Counted from the stretch's first letter, positions 37,774 through 51,635 are shown. The stretch is 64,000 bases of DNA from Candidatus Gottesmanbacteria bacterium (GCA_963711735.1 CAVQFA010000003.1:82971-146970), one strand, 5' to 3'. Notes: generated by a model from the sequence alone, not told the origin. Program-made: numbers and translations.

Positions 37774-38983
37774 ATACATTATGAGTATTACTAAATCCGT
37801 ATCATGGTTAACGCTTGTCAAAACAAGCATTCCGTTTCTTCTTTCACTCATTTTTGGTGCGCTGCTCATCATCGGTGTTATTTATGTGAGGAACCGCGAA
37901 CGGACATACCGGATGCGTGTTTCTGCTCTTGAAACAAACCGTTTTTCCCTGGAAGAACGTCTTGGAGAAGCTCAAAAAGAATTGGATACACTCAAGTCCG
38001 TGGATCAAAAGGTGAGAAACGACGCTCTCGAAGAGGAAATATCCCGGATTCAAACAACGTATAAGGATACGGTTTCCACGTATGACAAACTTCTTAAACT
38101 CAGGGAACAAACAACCAAAACCGGAACAATTGACCAGCTGTTCAGCCAGACTCTCTGGTATTTATCAAAAAATAACTACGCGTCAGCATCAGTGACCCTT
38201 AAAACTCTTTCAGGAGAAATGACGAAGCTCACGGATACAATCAATGCATCGTTTGTCATTCCGGCAAATGTTCCCGCCAGCAACGCTCCTCCCGCAGCGG
38301 GGTTTGCGCGGCAAAACGTTCAGACAGACGCAGGCAATTTTCTCGTAGATATTGTTTCTGCCGATCTTTCCTCCACACGCGTTATTGTAGACACAGCGTC
38401 TGACAAAGACTGTAGGAATGATTGTCCTGTCCTTCCTCTTGGTGATTATGTCGGAAGAAACGGTGGATTTGCGGGTATAAACGGGTCCTATTTCTGTCCG
38501 GCATCCTACCCATCCTGCCAGGATAAGAAAAATTCCTTTGACACACTCCTTATGAATAAAAATAAAGTGTATTTAAACTCCGACAACAATGTCTACAGCA
38601 CGGTTCCTGCTGTTATATTTTTAGGAGGCTCTGTCCGTTTTGTCGGACAGTCGCTTGCGTGGGGGAGGGATACCGGAGTTGACGGAGTCCTCGCTAACCA
38701 GCCGCTTCTTGTGTCAGGCGGGAATGTTGTCTTCGGAGGGGATGGCGATCCGAAAAAGGGAAGTAAAGGACCCCGTAGTTTTGTAGGGAACAAAGGAAAT
38801 ACCATATATATCGGCGTTGTTCATAATGCAACGGTTGCGGAAGGGGCAATTGTCCTCAAAGCTCTCGGGATGGAAAATGCTCTCAATCTCGATTCAGGAG
38901 GTTCTACTGCGCTCTGGTATGGAGGGTACAAAGTCGGACCGGGGAGGGCGATTCCCAACGCGATTGTTTTTGTCCGGAAATGA
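37763..38983 (+). CDS. Phosphodiester glycosidase (DUF2233/NAGPA-like) family protein, membrane-anchored
   Basis: 406 aa: N-terminal TM, coiled coil, and a C-terminal domain with NLDSGGSTALWYGG. Confidence 0.55.
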   Translation: MHRKYIMSITKSVSWLTLVKTSIPFLLSLIFGALLIIGVIYVRNRERTYRMRVSALETNRFSLEERLGEAQKELDTLKSVDQKVRNDALEEEISRIQTTYKDTVSTYDKLLKLREQTTKTGTIDQLFSQTLWYLSKNNYASASVTLKTLSGEMTKLTDTINASFVIPANVPASNAPPAAGFARQNVQTDAGNFLVDIVSADLSSTRVIVDTASDKDCRNDCPVLPLGDYVGRNGGFAGINGSYFCPASYPSCQDKKNSFDTLLMNKNKVYLNSDNNVYSTVPAVIFLGGSVRFVGQSLAWGRDTGVDGVLANQPLLVSGGNVVFGGDGDPKKGSKGPRSFVGNKGNTIYIGVVHNATVAEGAIVLKALGMENALNLDSGGSTALWYGGYKVGPGRAIPNAIVFVRK

Positions 38984-39041
38984 AAATTTTTATTCACGCA
39001 ATTTTTTATTCGTCAAAAAATCAACTTCTTGCCCCTCATGA

Positions 39042-39929
39042 TTGACAGTCTGCCCTTTGGAATGGAACAATAGATGTATGGATGATACTGCCTCACCAAA
39101 ACTGACAAATGAGGATCTCTACGGCCCGACACGTCAGGATGACACGATACAGTCCGTAAATGAAGTAAACACGCCGGTACCGCAAAATTCCCCTTTTGAG
39201 GAAAAGGGTCTGCCGGACCCGCTTGCCACACCTGAGCTTCCGTCAGAAGGTGAACAAAATTTGCTTATGGGAGCAAAGAAAGGGAGTTTCTTTGGTACGG
39301 TATTTCTTTTGGGAGTGCTTTTTTTCATTGGCGTTGCCCTTAGCATTCCCTTGCGGATGTTTTTGACACCCTCACCCGAACCAACCAAACAACCGGCGTT
39401 TACCAACCAAATTCCTTCTCCTGAAGCAAAGCCAGATACCGGTACCGCATCATGGAATGCCTACCTGGCTCCGGGATCAATCATTACTGCCGCCTACAGG
39501 CTCCCTCCGGAAGTCTTAGAACCAATTTGTGACAGTCAGACGTGCGTCTCAGAGGGAACATATCTGCCCGGAGGCACGCGGTTTACCATATCCGTCAAAT
39601 CGCATGCAACCCCAGTGACGGACTTTTCCCGGTCTGTCATAACGGATGCAAATGGAAAAGCCTTCACAACAACCCCGGCGACAATCGGTGATAAAAACGC
39701 CCTTTCGTTTACCGGGACAAACGGGACGACATCGGGCGGGTACGCGTTTACGCAAATAAAGGGTGTCCTTATCAACATCTCTCCTTTAGGCTCTCTGGAG
39801 CTCAACCACTTTACACCCTCAGGTATAACGACGGATTTCGGAAGTGATGATATACTATTTGACAAAATCGTCTCGTCATTGGATTTTACTGCCCCGCCTG
39901 CAAGCCCAACAGCAGACGTTATTCCGTAA
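39042..39929 (+). CDS. Membrane-anchored hypothetical protein (Pro/Thr-rich)
   Basis: 295 aa with one TM (FFGTVFLLGVLFFIGVALSI). Confidence 0.4.
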   Translation: MTVCPLEWNNRCMDDTASPKLTNEDLYGPTRQDDTIQSVNEVNTPVPQNSPFEEKGLPDPLATPELPSEGEQNLLMGAKKGSFFGTVFLLGVLFFIGVALSIPLRMFLTPSPEPTKQPAFTNQIPSPEAKPDTGTASWNAYLAPGSIITAAYRLPPEVLEPICDSQTCVSEGTYLPGGTRFTISVKSHATPVTDFSRSVITDANGKAFTTTPATIGDKNALSFTGTNGTTSGGYAFTQIKGVLINISPLGSLELNHFTPSGITTDFGSDDILFDKIVSSLDFTAPPASPTADVIP

Positions 39930-39945
39930 TCACACATCTTACGTT

Positions 39946-42201
39946 CTATTCCTGCTCCGATGGCCATTTCGATATGATGAGCGGATCGGATGTTTTTCGC
40001 GGGATTTCTTTCCAGATAGCTTCCGTTACAAACGGCATGAAAGGGTGGAGAAGCTTAAGCAGCGTAAGAAATACGTGCCGGAATACAGCGAGCGCCTGAA
40101 TATCACCCGATTTGAACCTTTCTTTATTTTTTTCTAAATATATATCGGCAACCCTGTGCCAGATAAATTCATACAGCGTCTGAGCTGCATCGGAAAACCG
40201 GTATGTGTCGAGGTTTTTTGTCACACCGGCAACAAGCATGTTTAGCTCCGATATAATCCGCTTATCTTCCGGATTTTTCAACTCCTCATGCATTGCGGTG
40301 TCATAGAACGGAATATCTTTTTTGCCCGTAAGGGACAACTGACAGCTGTCAACCATAAATCTCCCTATGTTCCAGATCTTATTTGCGAAGTTGCGCATCC
40401 CCCGGATTTTATCTTCCGAAATGGCGATGTCGCTTCCCGGTCCGGCACCGAAAACAAGAGCGAAACGGAGCGCATCAGCACCGTATGTATCAACCATTTC
40501 AATCGGGTTAACGACATTCCCTTTGCTTTTACTCATCTTCTGTCCTTTGGAATCCACAACCCGACTATGAAGGTGGATCGTCTTAAAAGGAACCTCGTCC
40601 GTGAGATACAACCCGAGCATCATCATCCGTGCAACCCAGAAAAACAGGATATCCCAAAGGGTATCAAGAACTGAGGTGGGATAGAAATATTCAAAATCCC
40701 CGGGTTTACTTTTGAGGGTATTTACCGGCCATTGTCCGGAAAGGAACCACGTATCAAACGTATCTGTTTCCTGTAACACGTGTGTCCTCCGCAGTGCTAG
40801 TACATAAATGGGCATCAAGTGCATATATTGCATCAACCGGTGCCGTAAGAGACTGCAAACCCGATTGGATTTCTTCAAATGAATGTTTTTCTGCGACATC
40901 TTTGTACCTGCCGTGGATTTTCTGTTTATCCGTATCAAGAAAAGATAGTTCGATGTTTTTATTGCAGTCTAAACAATACCAGGCAGGAATTCTGGGTCCC
41001 CACACGATTTGTCTCGAGATGTTCCAGTCTTCAATATTGTTTAACCAGTCAAAATACATTTTCTCAAAACGCTTGAGGGGCTACGATTTTAGTCTTTTTC
41101 TTTTTCACGGCTTCGATTGCTTTTACGGCAAGCGGTTTAGTTTTTATATACCACTGCGGGAGAAGCATCGGTTCGATTGTTGATTTACACCGGTAACAAA
41201 CGCTGACTGTATGTCTGAGAGTCTCTGTTTTTACGAGCTTTCCGGTTTTTTCCAGGTCTTCAACGACGGCTTTCCGTGCGGGCGTCACCTTCATACCGGT
41301 GTATTTTTCCGGAACATTATAAAGCCGTCCGAATCTGTCAATGGAACTGATAATCGGCAATTTGTGACGCTGTCCGATTTCATAATCCGTAGGATCATGC
41401 GCCGGAGTGACTTTGAGAGCACCCGTACCGAAATCTCTTTCAATTTCATCATCAGTTACAACAGGTATTTCTTTACCCGTTATGGGAATGGTTGCCATTT
41501 TGCCGACAATACTTTTGTAACGCTTATCCTTCGGATGAACGGCGACAGCGACATCGGCAAATATTGTTTCGGGTCTGGTTGTGGCAATTTGGATAACACC
41601 GTAGTCCAGGTAATAAAGAAGGTCGTCGCGTTCCTCGTGATTTATTTCGAGGTCAGAAAAGGCAGTTCCGCACTTGACGCAGTAATTCACAAGCCTGTTG
41701 GTGCGGTATATAAGTCCGTCTTTATGGAGTTTTCTGAAAGTCTCAAAGACCCTCTCAACAATTTCCGGTTCCAGACTGTAATGGTAGCGCGTCCAGTCGA
41801 GAGAAAATCCGAGACGCTTCATCTGGTCCTTATTGATTGTCTTGTTAGCGTCAACAAAATCGGCAATCATCCGATACAAAGTGTCACGGTCAAAGTCAAA
41901 CCTGCTTTTTCCTTCTTTTGCCAGTTTCCTTTCAAATACAAACTGGGTTTCGATACCGGCGTGATCTCCTCCGGGAAGCCAGAGTGTCGGATACGCCTCG
42001 CATCCGGTGATACCGGATCATGATATCTTCAACGGTAAAAAGCGCGTGTCCCATATGCATGGGATCGTTGGCGTTCGGAAGGGGAAGGAGAATGGAGAAT
42101 GGTTTCTTTTTTTTATCTATGGAAGGAGTAAAGTACCCACCCTCTTCCCACATGCGGTAGATGGATTCTTCATGTTTCTTTGCTTCGTATGCTTTATCCA
42201 T
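39946..42201 (-). CDS. valS: Valyl-tRNA synthetase, interrupted by three frameshifts (four track ORFs in successive frames)
   Basis: 41932-42201 holds the N-terminus with [13 protein letters not shown] (the HIGH region). 41064-41879 holds the CP1 editing domain ([17 protein letters not shown]). 40754-41059 is in another frame. 39946-40938 carries [26 protein letters not shown] and the anticodon-binding region. Confidence 0.75.
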
Positions 42202-42202
42202 A

Positions 42203-42445
42203 TTACTCCTGTTGTTCTATTGTAAATTGTACATCAGGAAAATACTCACGCATTAACTCTAATGCTTTCTCTAATCCTTCGGGAGTGTGTATATCTATTG
42301 AAAAACCATGGTGTTCCATCATGTGTTGATATCCGTTTAGTATTGCTTGCCGCTCAGCTGTACGTCCTTCTCCTCTTGCTACTCCAAAAATTGAACATCC
42401 ATCACTGGGACAAATGCCCATTTCAATTTTTGTATAAGTACTCAT
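42203..42445 (-). CDS. Small hypothetical protein
   Basis: 80 aa, with its stop adjacent to the valS start. No recognisable motif. Confidence 0.3.
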   Translation of the reverse strand: MSTYTKIEMGICPSDGCSIFGVARGEGRTAERQAILNGYQHMMEHHGFSIDIHTPEGLEKALELMREYFPDVQFTIEQQE

Positions 42446-42486
42446 AGCGTGTTGATTCTACGCGATATTATATGGAAGAGCAATGT

Positions 42487-43600
42487 CTATTCAACCTCCA
42501 CATCAAGATCTGGTTCTGCTTCAATTGTGCGCCAGTCAACCTTCTTCCCCCTGAAATATGCGTATGCTCCGATGTATGCGGCGTTATCCGTGCAAAGAGG
42601 TACGGGAGGAAAAAACAACTGCATGTTGCAGGATGTACATTGTGTGTTAAATTTTTCCCGGAGACGAAGGTTTGCGGCAACTCCGCCGGATACAAGAATG
42701 GACTTCGCTGAGTACTTTTCTGCCGCTCGGAGTGTTTTTACTACAAGTACATCGGTAATTGCTTCCTGCACTTCGTATGCCAATGCACTTACACGTTGTT
42801 GTTGTAAGTTGTAGGTTGTAAGTTATTAAATATTTATTCCACTCTCTCTGAAGTATCGCGGTTTTGAGTCCCGAAAAGGAAAAGTTGAGCGTATCATCAT
42901 GCATCATGGGACGGGGTAAACCAATCTTAAATTTCAAATTTGAAATTTTAAATTGAGATGCTGCTTCCTGTATCGCTGCCCCCCCGCGTGACCCGAATCC
43001 CAAAAGCCGGGCGCTTTTATCAAATGCCTCACCCGCCGCATCATCAATCGTTCCCCCAAGCCATTTCAAATCCTTCGGCGAACGCATGAGAAACAGTTCC
43101 GTGTGTCCTCCGGAAACAACGAGGGAAATGGCGGGAAAAGATATGACTATATTGTTGCTCCTCGACGGTCCTCGGAGCAAATTTCCTTCAGAAGACTGAA
43201 GGAAATTTGCATACATATGAGCCAGGACGTGGTTGACGGGAATAATCGGTTTGCCTGTCACATACGCTATCGTTTTTGCGGCTTCAACTCCTATAAGAAG
43301 CGATCCGATAAGCCCCGGGCCGGTCGTCACGGCAATCGCATCAATGTATTTCTCTATGCGTTTCTTATACTTTTCCGTTTCTGTGACTGTCTCTTTATCC
43401 GCAAATGGCTCGAGGGCTTCAACAATAACGGGAATGATAGACGCCAACTGTTCCCGCGCCGCAACCTCCGGCACGATCCCGCCCCATTTCTCATGCATGG
43501 ATGTCGATGAGGCAACAACGTTTGTGATGATTTTCGTTCCGTTCTCCACTATTGAAGCAGCAGTTTCATCACAGGATGTTTCGATTGCTAAGATAATCAT
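42487..43600 (-). CDS. tsaD: tRNA N6-adenosine threonylcarbamoyltransferase TsaD (Kae1/Gcp), interrupted by a frameshift inside a short tandem repeat at 42790-42840
   Basis: The N-terminus MIILAIETSCDETAASIV ... HVLAHM is in one frame. The C-terminus, with SGGVAAN and CTDNAAYIG, is in ORF 42487-42783. The junction falls in GTTGTAAGTT-like repeats. Confidence 0.7.
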
Positions 43601-44766
43601 ATGTGAGCCGGCGGAGAATTTTTCATCGTTTTCAGCTTAAAATTAATGTACAACACTGACAGCATACAAAACTGGACAATAATGAGGGCTTTTGCCGGTC
43701 CGTACAGATCCGCAACAATTCCCAGTACCGGTGAAAATATTCCGTAGAATATGCTCCCGAAAAACGAATTGAGTGATGCCATTGTTGCTCGCTCTCCTCT
43801 CGTATATTCTTTTTGCATCAGGGAATTTATGGCAACCTGTGTCGCACCGTAAAATACGGATGAGGATCCCATAATGACAGGGGACACGATAGTCGCGTAT
43901 CCGTACGCGATAAAATTTACAATCCGCGTATAAATGTTGGCAATAATTAATATGTTATATTCACCCATTTTACGTATAAGTTTGCCGCTAAACCAGTAGC
44001 TTAAAAACGCTCCTCCGTACGAAATCATTCTGGAGAATCCTATTGCCCAGATTGGCCAGAGAGTGCCGATAAAAGCCGCATTGAAATGGAATGACGATTC
44101 ACCGATTCCAAAGCTCAGAATATCCTGAATACTTAACAGTTTGAGTCTTTTATTGTTCCACATATTGAATGCTGAGATTTTCAGGTGGGAAAAAATATTT
44201 GTCTGACCTTTCGTGCTCTTTTCAGGATTTTGAAGGAAAAATGAAAGCATAAGACAAAGTGCCTGCGGAATAACCGATAGCCACATAATCAGGGGGAATG
44301 ACCATTGCGCCAGTATGCTTCCGACAACTGCGCCTATCATGAGCGCCAACTGGAACATGGAGCTTGTTTTCCCGAGGTAATGGGCAAATTTTTCTTTGTT
44401 CCCGGATTGAGAAAGAGAATCATAAAGAAGTGCATCATTGTTGCCGCTGTACCATGAACGGGATAAGCCTTCCAAAAGTGCACCAATAAAAAGTATCCAG
44501 TATGAGTATCCGATTGCATAGAATATTGCAGATACTGTTGCCGAAAGAGCTCCGAACATTACCGTTCTTTTCCGGCCGATAATATCTGAAAATATTCCTG
44601 TCGGAACTTCAAACAGAGCAGACGACAGCATGACGACGGAAAAAAGACTCATGCCAAGCGTGTACGAGCCGGTTACATGTACGAAATACAATATGAGTAC
44701 GGCACTATGGAATCTGAAGTCCGTAAAAAAATTAAATAGCGAAAGCAGCTTGATATTACGTTCCAT
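43597..44766 (-). CDS. MFS transporter
   Basis: 389 aa, 12 TM, with the typical MFS loop motif GIFSDIIGRKRT. Confidence 0.65.
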   Translation of the reverse strand: MERNIKLLSLFNFFTDFRFHSAVLILYFVHVTGSYTLGMSLFSVVMLSSALFEVPTGIFSDIIGRKRTVMFGALSATVSAIFYAIGYSYWILFIGALLEGLSRSWYSGNNDALLYDSLSQSGNKEKFAHYLGKTSSMFQLALMIGAVVGSILAQWSFPLIMWLSVIPQALCLMLSFFLQNPEKSTKGQTNIFSHLKISAFNMWNNKRLKLLSIQDILSFGIGESSFHFNAAFIGTLWPIWAIGFSRMISYGGAFLSYWFSGKLIRKMGEYNILIIANIYTRIVNFIAYGYATIVSPVIMGSSSVFYGATQVAINSLMQKEYTRGERATMASLNSFFGSIFYGIFSPVLGIVADLYGPAKALIIVQFCMLSVLYINFKLKTMKNSPPAHI

Positions 44767-44822
44767 GTTTCGATTATAGCGGAGATGGTCGTGTGAAGAA
44801 ATCGTGGCTTATGAGAATGCGG

Positions 44823-45266
44823 TTATTCAAGTCCCAGAAGTTTAGCGAGCTGACTCGTTGACGGGGTGTGAATTTTAGGGATAATGACGAGTTTTGCATC
44901 AATAAGCTTTGCCTGCAGTTCGATTTTCCCGATATGTACTTCACCTTCTGTAACGGCTATGATGTCCGGATTGATTTTCCTCACAAGGTTTATATAATCC
45001 CCGTCACTTACCATCGTCGGAAGTCGGATGACCTCATCAACAAAAGACAGAGACTTGAGCATTTCGGCCCGTTGTGTCTGAGTATGTATCGGACGCGATG
45101 GACCTTTTAACCTCCGGACGTCCCCGTCAGACTGAAGCATTACAATAAGTTTTTCTCCCAATGATTTCGCCTGTTTTAAAAAAGTAATATGTCCGAAGTG
45201 GATGAAATCAAAACATCCGCCCACCAACACAACACCTCCGTGTTCTTTAATGTTTTGTTTGTTCAT
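44823..45266 (-). CDS. Cytidylyltransferase-like nucleotidyltransferase (TagD / RfaE domain II-like)
   Basis: 147 aa with VLVGGCFDFIHFGHITFL (the HxGH motif). Confidence 0.65.
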   Translation of the reverse strand: MNKQNIKEHGGVVLVGGCFDFIHFGHITFLKQAKSLGEKLIVMLQSDGDVRRLKGPSRPIHTQTQRAEMLKSLSFVDEVIRLPTMVSDGDYINLVRKINPDIIAVTEGEVHIGKIELQAKLIDAKLVIIPKIHTPSTSQLAKLLGLE

Positions 45267-45276
45267 ATGACATGTA

Positions 45277-46737
45277 TTATGGCATCGTTCCCTTCAGGTA
45301 CACAGCCTGCCAGGGACGGAATACTGACGTGAATGTCTTTTCAATAAGTTTTTCATCGCCCCGCGTCACTTTATATTCAAACGATGCTTTCGCGCCCCAT
45401 GCTGCCCAATCCACCTGTTTTACCACGCCTACTTTTAATGTCGGATCGTCCTGATACAAATCAGGCGGAGGAGGTGATACGTCCCACATTTTAAATCCGA
45501 ACAACTCAGCTTTCCTTCCGTCAGGCGTACCGTAGAGATTAAATGTCAGGTTCATGTTTTGGGTATCCGCAATTGTCTGGATGAGGATGTATGCGGGTGT
45601 ATCGTTTTTTATAACAAGATCAGCTGACGGATCAAATACCGTTGCGTCAAGTCCCGCTTTAAATCCTCCGTCCTCGTAATAATGGACACGGTATGCGTGT
45701 GCGTGTCGTTCTATGATGGGAAGCCCTGCATTCATTGCGGCACGAAACAGCGTGGTTGAAACCTGACATACACCTCCGCCGTCTCCGAGTATTGTTCTTC
45801 CTTCTTTTATGATATATGCGGGCTGATATCCCGTTGCAGCAGACACATCCCCAAGCGTTTTGTTAAACGAAAAAGTTGCGCCGGGAGGAATAAGCACTCC
45901 GTTAAAGCGGGCTGAAGCAAGTGCAACATTGTGGATTCTGCCCTGTATAGATCCGGGAAATACCGAATACCCGGTTCCGATGAGCTCTTTTATGCCGAAC
46001 GAATTTGCATTATCTGTGGATACTGACGGTTTTATCGTAAGAGTTGTAAGCTCAATTGTAAATTCCCGAATCGGAGTTTTCGGGATGTTGGCAATGGCAT
46101 CTGTTAATTTTCCCATTACGGCAGCGCGGTCAAGTTTCCGTCCGTCCGACGACGGTTTAAATGCTGTCACTTTCCCATCTGTAAACGTGAAAAGCGCGTC
46201 CTGTGGCTCTGTATCAATTGAGGCAGAAAACGTGTCGAGAATTTCCTCTATTAAATTTTTTCTGTAACGGAAATAAGGCGTCAAATCAATCCTTTTTTCG
46301 AACAATTGCTGCCGGATGTCCGAGAGAATGTTGCCGCTTCTGCCGATTGCGTATGCCTGACTCGCTGAAATGGTTGCGTCATACCCCAAATCCAACATGC
46401 TGCCGGATACGGTCGCAATGGTAGTCCCATATATAAATTCAAACCTGCTTTGGGTAAACGGTTCATTTTTAGAAAGCCAGAAATCGCGTACTTCATCCGC
46501 CGTCTTTCCGCCGAACGGAATACCGCCGACGTTCACTGACGGGTACACTTTATTTTCATACCGTGCTTCAAAAACGGCAAACAGGAGTACGACGAACATA
46601 ATAAGAAGGAGAGCAGCGTCTAAAATAATAAACATGAGGTGTCGCCGCGGAGGAACGGATCCTTGTTGTTTATGGTGCTTTTTTAATTCAGGAGGAGTAA
46701 TTTTTTTCCGTAACATGATATGATAATTGTATACCAA
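45277..46737 (-). CDS. VanW-family protein
   Basis: 486 aa: N-terminal TM and the VanW core GGGVCQVSTTLFRAAMNAGL. Confidence 0.75.
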   Translation of the reverse strand: MVYNYHIMLRKKITPPELKKHHKQQGSVPPRRHLMFIILDAALLLIMFVVLLFAVFEARYENKVYPSVNVGGIPFGGKTADEVRDFWLSKNEPFTQSRFEFIYGTTIATVSGSMLDLGYDATISASQAYAIGRSGNILSDIRQQLFEKRIDLTPYFRYRKNLIEEILDTFSASIDTEPQDALFTFTDGKVTAFKPSSDGRKLDRAAVMGKLTDAIANIPKTPIREFTIELTTLTIKPSVSTDNANSFGIKELIGTGYSVFPGSIQGRIHNVALASARFNGVLIPPGATFSFNKTLGDVSAATGYQPAYIIKEGRTILGDGGGVCQVSTTLFRAAMNAGLPIIERHAHAYRVHYYEDGGFKAGLDATVFDPSADLVIKNDTPAYILIQTIADTQNMNLTFNLYGTPDGRKAELFGFKMWDVSPPPPDLYQDDPTLKVGVVKQVDWAAWGAKASFEYKVTRGDEKLIEKTFTSVFRPWQAVYLKGTMP

Positions 46738-46957
46738 TCTTACTTTAGTTTAATCATCCTGCGCCCGGTTGGATGCAGGGTGAAAAACAAGTGAGAAAGG
46801 TATATGCTGGAAAAACCGTATATAAAAAATAGTTTTTTCAGAATATATGATTCGAAGGCTAGGATGATGGGGTGTATGCTTATACATAGCTCGCGCGCAA
46901 TACTCTATACTATACGAAAATATACATAAGTACAACATTCGGCGTATCTGAAAATGT

Positions 46958-48529
46958 ATGACAAATCAATCTCAACAATCCCAGGGCACCGTCACAATAG
47001 ATATGCCTGCAACAACGCCGCCGCCCGTAGAACCCCCGTCAAACCCCCAGCCACGCGGAATGCCCATCCAGGAAACTGTTGTCATCCCGACCACTCCGCC
47101 CCAGACACCAAACATATATCAAACACCGGTAACTCCGCCTGCTGAAACACCGTCTTTTCAGCCTGTAAGTCCGGATATGGGAATACCTGCATCATCACAA
47201 AAATCATCTAAACCCGGTGGTGGTTTTGGAAAAATTCTCAAAACTCTTCTCATGCTTCTGCTTCTGGCTCTCCTGATCGGTGGTGGGATATACGCTGCAA
47301 CTAAATTTATGGGCGGGTCCAAAACAGCAACCATTTCATACTGGGGATTGTGGGAAAATGAAAATATCATCACTCCTCTCATCGCAGATTTTGAAAGCAC
47401 ACATCCGAATATAAAAGTCGAGTACGTCAAACAATCACATAAAGAATACCGTGAGAGGTTATCAAGCGCAATTGAGCGTGGAGAGGGACCTGATGTTTTC
47501 CGGTTTCATAATACCTGGGTGCCCATGTATAAATCAATTCTATCAACGGTTCCCGAGGATATAATGACTGTTTCGGAATTTTCATCTACATTCTACCCGG
47601 TTGCCAAACGGGATCTCGTCGGAGGATCGAATATATATGGTATGCCGGTCATGATTGACGGGCTGGGGTTATACGTTAATACTGATTTACTGGCAGCAGC
47701 CGGAGCGTCTCCTCCCACCTCATGGGAAGATGTACTTACAATGGTGCCGAGACTCACCGTGAGAAACGGTGAATCCATAACAACGGCAGGAATAGCGCTC
47801 GGTACTGCCAATAATGTCGAACATTTCAGTGATATACTCGCAACGATGATCATGCAGAATGGAGGAGATCTGGTAAATCCCACAAGCAAAGAGTCAGAAG
47901 AGGCGCTCATTTTTTACCGCAAGTTTGCAGATCTCAACGACCCTGTATATTCATGGAATTCAACGATGGATAATTCTGTCTATGCGTTTGCAACAGGAAA
48001 GGTTGCTATGATATTCGCCCCGTCCTGGCGTGCGTTTGATGTGAAACAGATAAATCCTAATTTCAACTGGATCATAACCCCCATACCCCAGCTTCCGGGC
48101 AACACTGTTACGTGGGCGTCATATTGGGTGGAGGGTGTGTCTGCTAAAAGCCCCAATCAGAAAGCTGCATGGGAATTTGTCAAATACATGACAGGCAAAG
48201 AGGGAGCAACCAAGCTGTACACAGAAGCATCCAAGGTCCGTTTATTCGGAGAACCGTACGCACGCGTCGATATGGCGGGAAGTCTCGCAGGAGACGCGTA
48301 TACAGAAGCATATGTCAAACAGGCTCCTGACGCACGGTCGTTTCCTCTTGCTTCACGGACGTTTGATAACGGACTTAATGATCAGATGATCAAATACCTT
48401 GAAGACGCCGTCAATAGTGTTGCGGGTGGATCTGCACCAAGTGCGGCACTGAAAACCGCATCGTACGGATTTCAACAGATATTATCCAAGTATGGCCTCG
48501 TTTCTGCGTCTGCTCCGCTCACACAATAA
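46958..48529 (+). CDS. Extracellular solute-binding protein (ABC transporter family-1 SBP) with a Pro-rich N-terminal region and a TM anchor
   Basis: 523 aa. The SBP_bac_1-like body begins at ISYWGLWENE. Confidence 0.55.
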   Translation: MTNQSQQSQGTVTIDMPATTPPPVEPPSNPQPRGMPIQETVVIPTTPPQTPNIYQTPVTPPAETPSFQPVSPDMGIPASSQKSSKPGGGFGKILKTLLMLLLLALLIGGGIYAATKFMGGSKTATISYWGLWENENIITPLIADFESTHPNIKVEYVKQSHKEYRERLSSAIERGEGPDVFRFHNTWVPMYKSILSTVPEDIMTVSEFSSTFYPVAKRDLVGGSNIYGMPVMIDGLGLYVNTDLLAAAGASPPTSWEDVLTMVPRLTVRNGESITTAGIALGTANNVEHFSDILATMIMQNGGDLVNPTSKESEEALIFYRKFADLNDPVYSWNSTMDNSVYAFATGKVAMIFAPSWRAFDVKQINPNFNWIITPIPQLPGNTVTWASYWVEGVSAKSPNQKAAWEFVKYMTGKEGATKLYTEASKVRLFGEPYARVDMAGSLAGDAYTEAYVKQAPDARSFPLASRTFDNGLNDQMIKYLEDAVNSVAGGSAPSAALKTASYGFQQILSKYGLVSASAPLTQ

Positions 48530-48532
48530 TAA

Positions 48533-49470
48533 ATGATCTTATCAACATCTGACCGAATATATGCCACGGTAGCGTACGGTGATGTTTTTGACTATCCCGT
48601 TACGGAGGCGGAAATAGTACGTTTCTTCATCGGACCGGAAAAAAGCGCAAAAAAAATACGCGCAACACTGCGTCGTATGCGCGTTTACTATCGCAAAAAA
48701 TCAGAGGGTCCGCGCCTCTATCATCTGTCCGGTCGTAAACATATAGTGTCGTATCGCAGGATCAGAAACGTGTGGGCGGATGCAAAATGGAAAGAGGCCA
48801 GGCGTGTAGCTGCCATTCTCGGACATATTCCCTCAGTCAGGCTTGTCGGAGTCACGGGAGGACTTGCCAGAAATAATGCAGCGCATACCGATGATATTGA
48901 TATTTTCATAATTAGCCGGGAAAAAAACGCTATACAGTACCCGGTTTCTGGTAACACTGACAACAGAGCTCGTTTCCAAAAGGCGTCGTCCGTTGGAGTT
49001 GGAACACGGCAACAGCATTTGTTTAAATATGTATATGTCAGAGGATAAACTCACTATCCCTTCCCAAGAACAGGACCTTTACACTGCTTATGAGCTTCTC
49101 CAGATGAAACCGCTTATAGATAAGGACAATATCTTACCGGTTATTCGTGTTGTCCAATTCATGGGTACGTTCACTTCTTGGTAACGCGTGGGAAGAAACG
49201 ATGCAACATCATAAAACCGCGCATCCGCAAGGTCAAATCCTGAACCCCTCTCGTTTTATCAATCTGCTCATCGTCTTATTGCAGGCAATAGAACCTTTCG
49301 CACGTTTCATCCAGCTTTTGTATATGAGACGAAGAAGAACGACGGAGGTTGTAACCCAAACGCGTATTCGTTTTCACCCTCACGATGTACGCACTATTAT
49401 CCGTGAAAAATTTGCACAGAGACTGGCCAAATATAATATCCCCCTTGACAAGCTGTGGAATGCTACATAA
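48533..49470 (+). CDS. Hypothetical nucleotidyltransferase-like protein, interrupted by two +1 frameshifts (about 49000-49050 and about 49150-49185)
   Basis: Three overlapping track ORFs sit in frames 2, 0 and 1. The first contains VGVTGGLARNNAAHTDDIDIFII (a Pol-beta-like NTase motif). Confidence 0.4.
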
Positions 49471-49601
49471 AATAGCAGTCGTATTACATGAGTGCCAAAA
49501 AATTAGAGGCGCAAAGCGTGAATATGGTGTGATTTTCGTATATCTGTGCGATAATCTCACAATGAACGCTCGCGCTCTTTGTTTCTATAAAGGAGGTCCG
49601 T

Positions 49602-49898
49602 ATGGCGAAAATTAATATTCAGCCATTGTTCGATAATGTTCTTGTCAAACCCGGAAAACAGGAGGAAGTCCTTCCGTCCGGTATTGTTCTTCCGGATAGC
49701 GCCAAAGAAAAGCCCCAAATGGGCACCATTATGGCAGTTGGTCCCGGAACTACGGATGACAAGGGGAAAAAGGTAAAAATGACCGTAAAAGTCGGACAAA
49801 AAGTCATGTATAAAAAGTGGGGCGGCAACGAAATAAAAGTGAACGGGGAAGAGTGGATGCTTGTGGAACAGAAAGATATTCTTGCAGTAGTAAAGTAA
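49602..49898 (+). CDS. groES: Co-chaperonin GroES
   Basis: 98 aa beginning MAKINIQPLFDNVLVKP. An AGGAGG RBS is present. Confidence 0.95.
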   Translation: MAKINIQPLFDNVLVKPGKQEEVLPSGIVLPDSAKEKPQMGTIMAVGPGTTDDKGKKVKMTVKVGQKVMYKKWGGNEIKVNGEEWMLVEQKDILAVVK

Positions 49899-49924
49899 GT
49901 ATTAAAGTTCATTTTCACTCATAA

Positions 49925-51586
<1,662 letters not shown>

Positions 51587-51635
51587 TCCGAAACGAAGGT
51601 CTCAATAAACGTAAAAAAATACTGTATTGTCAAAA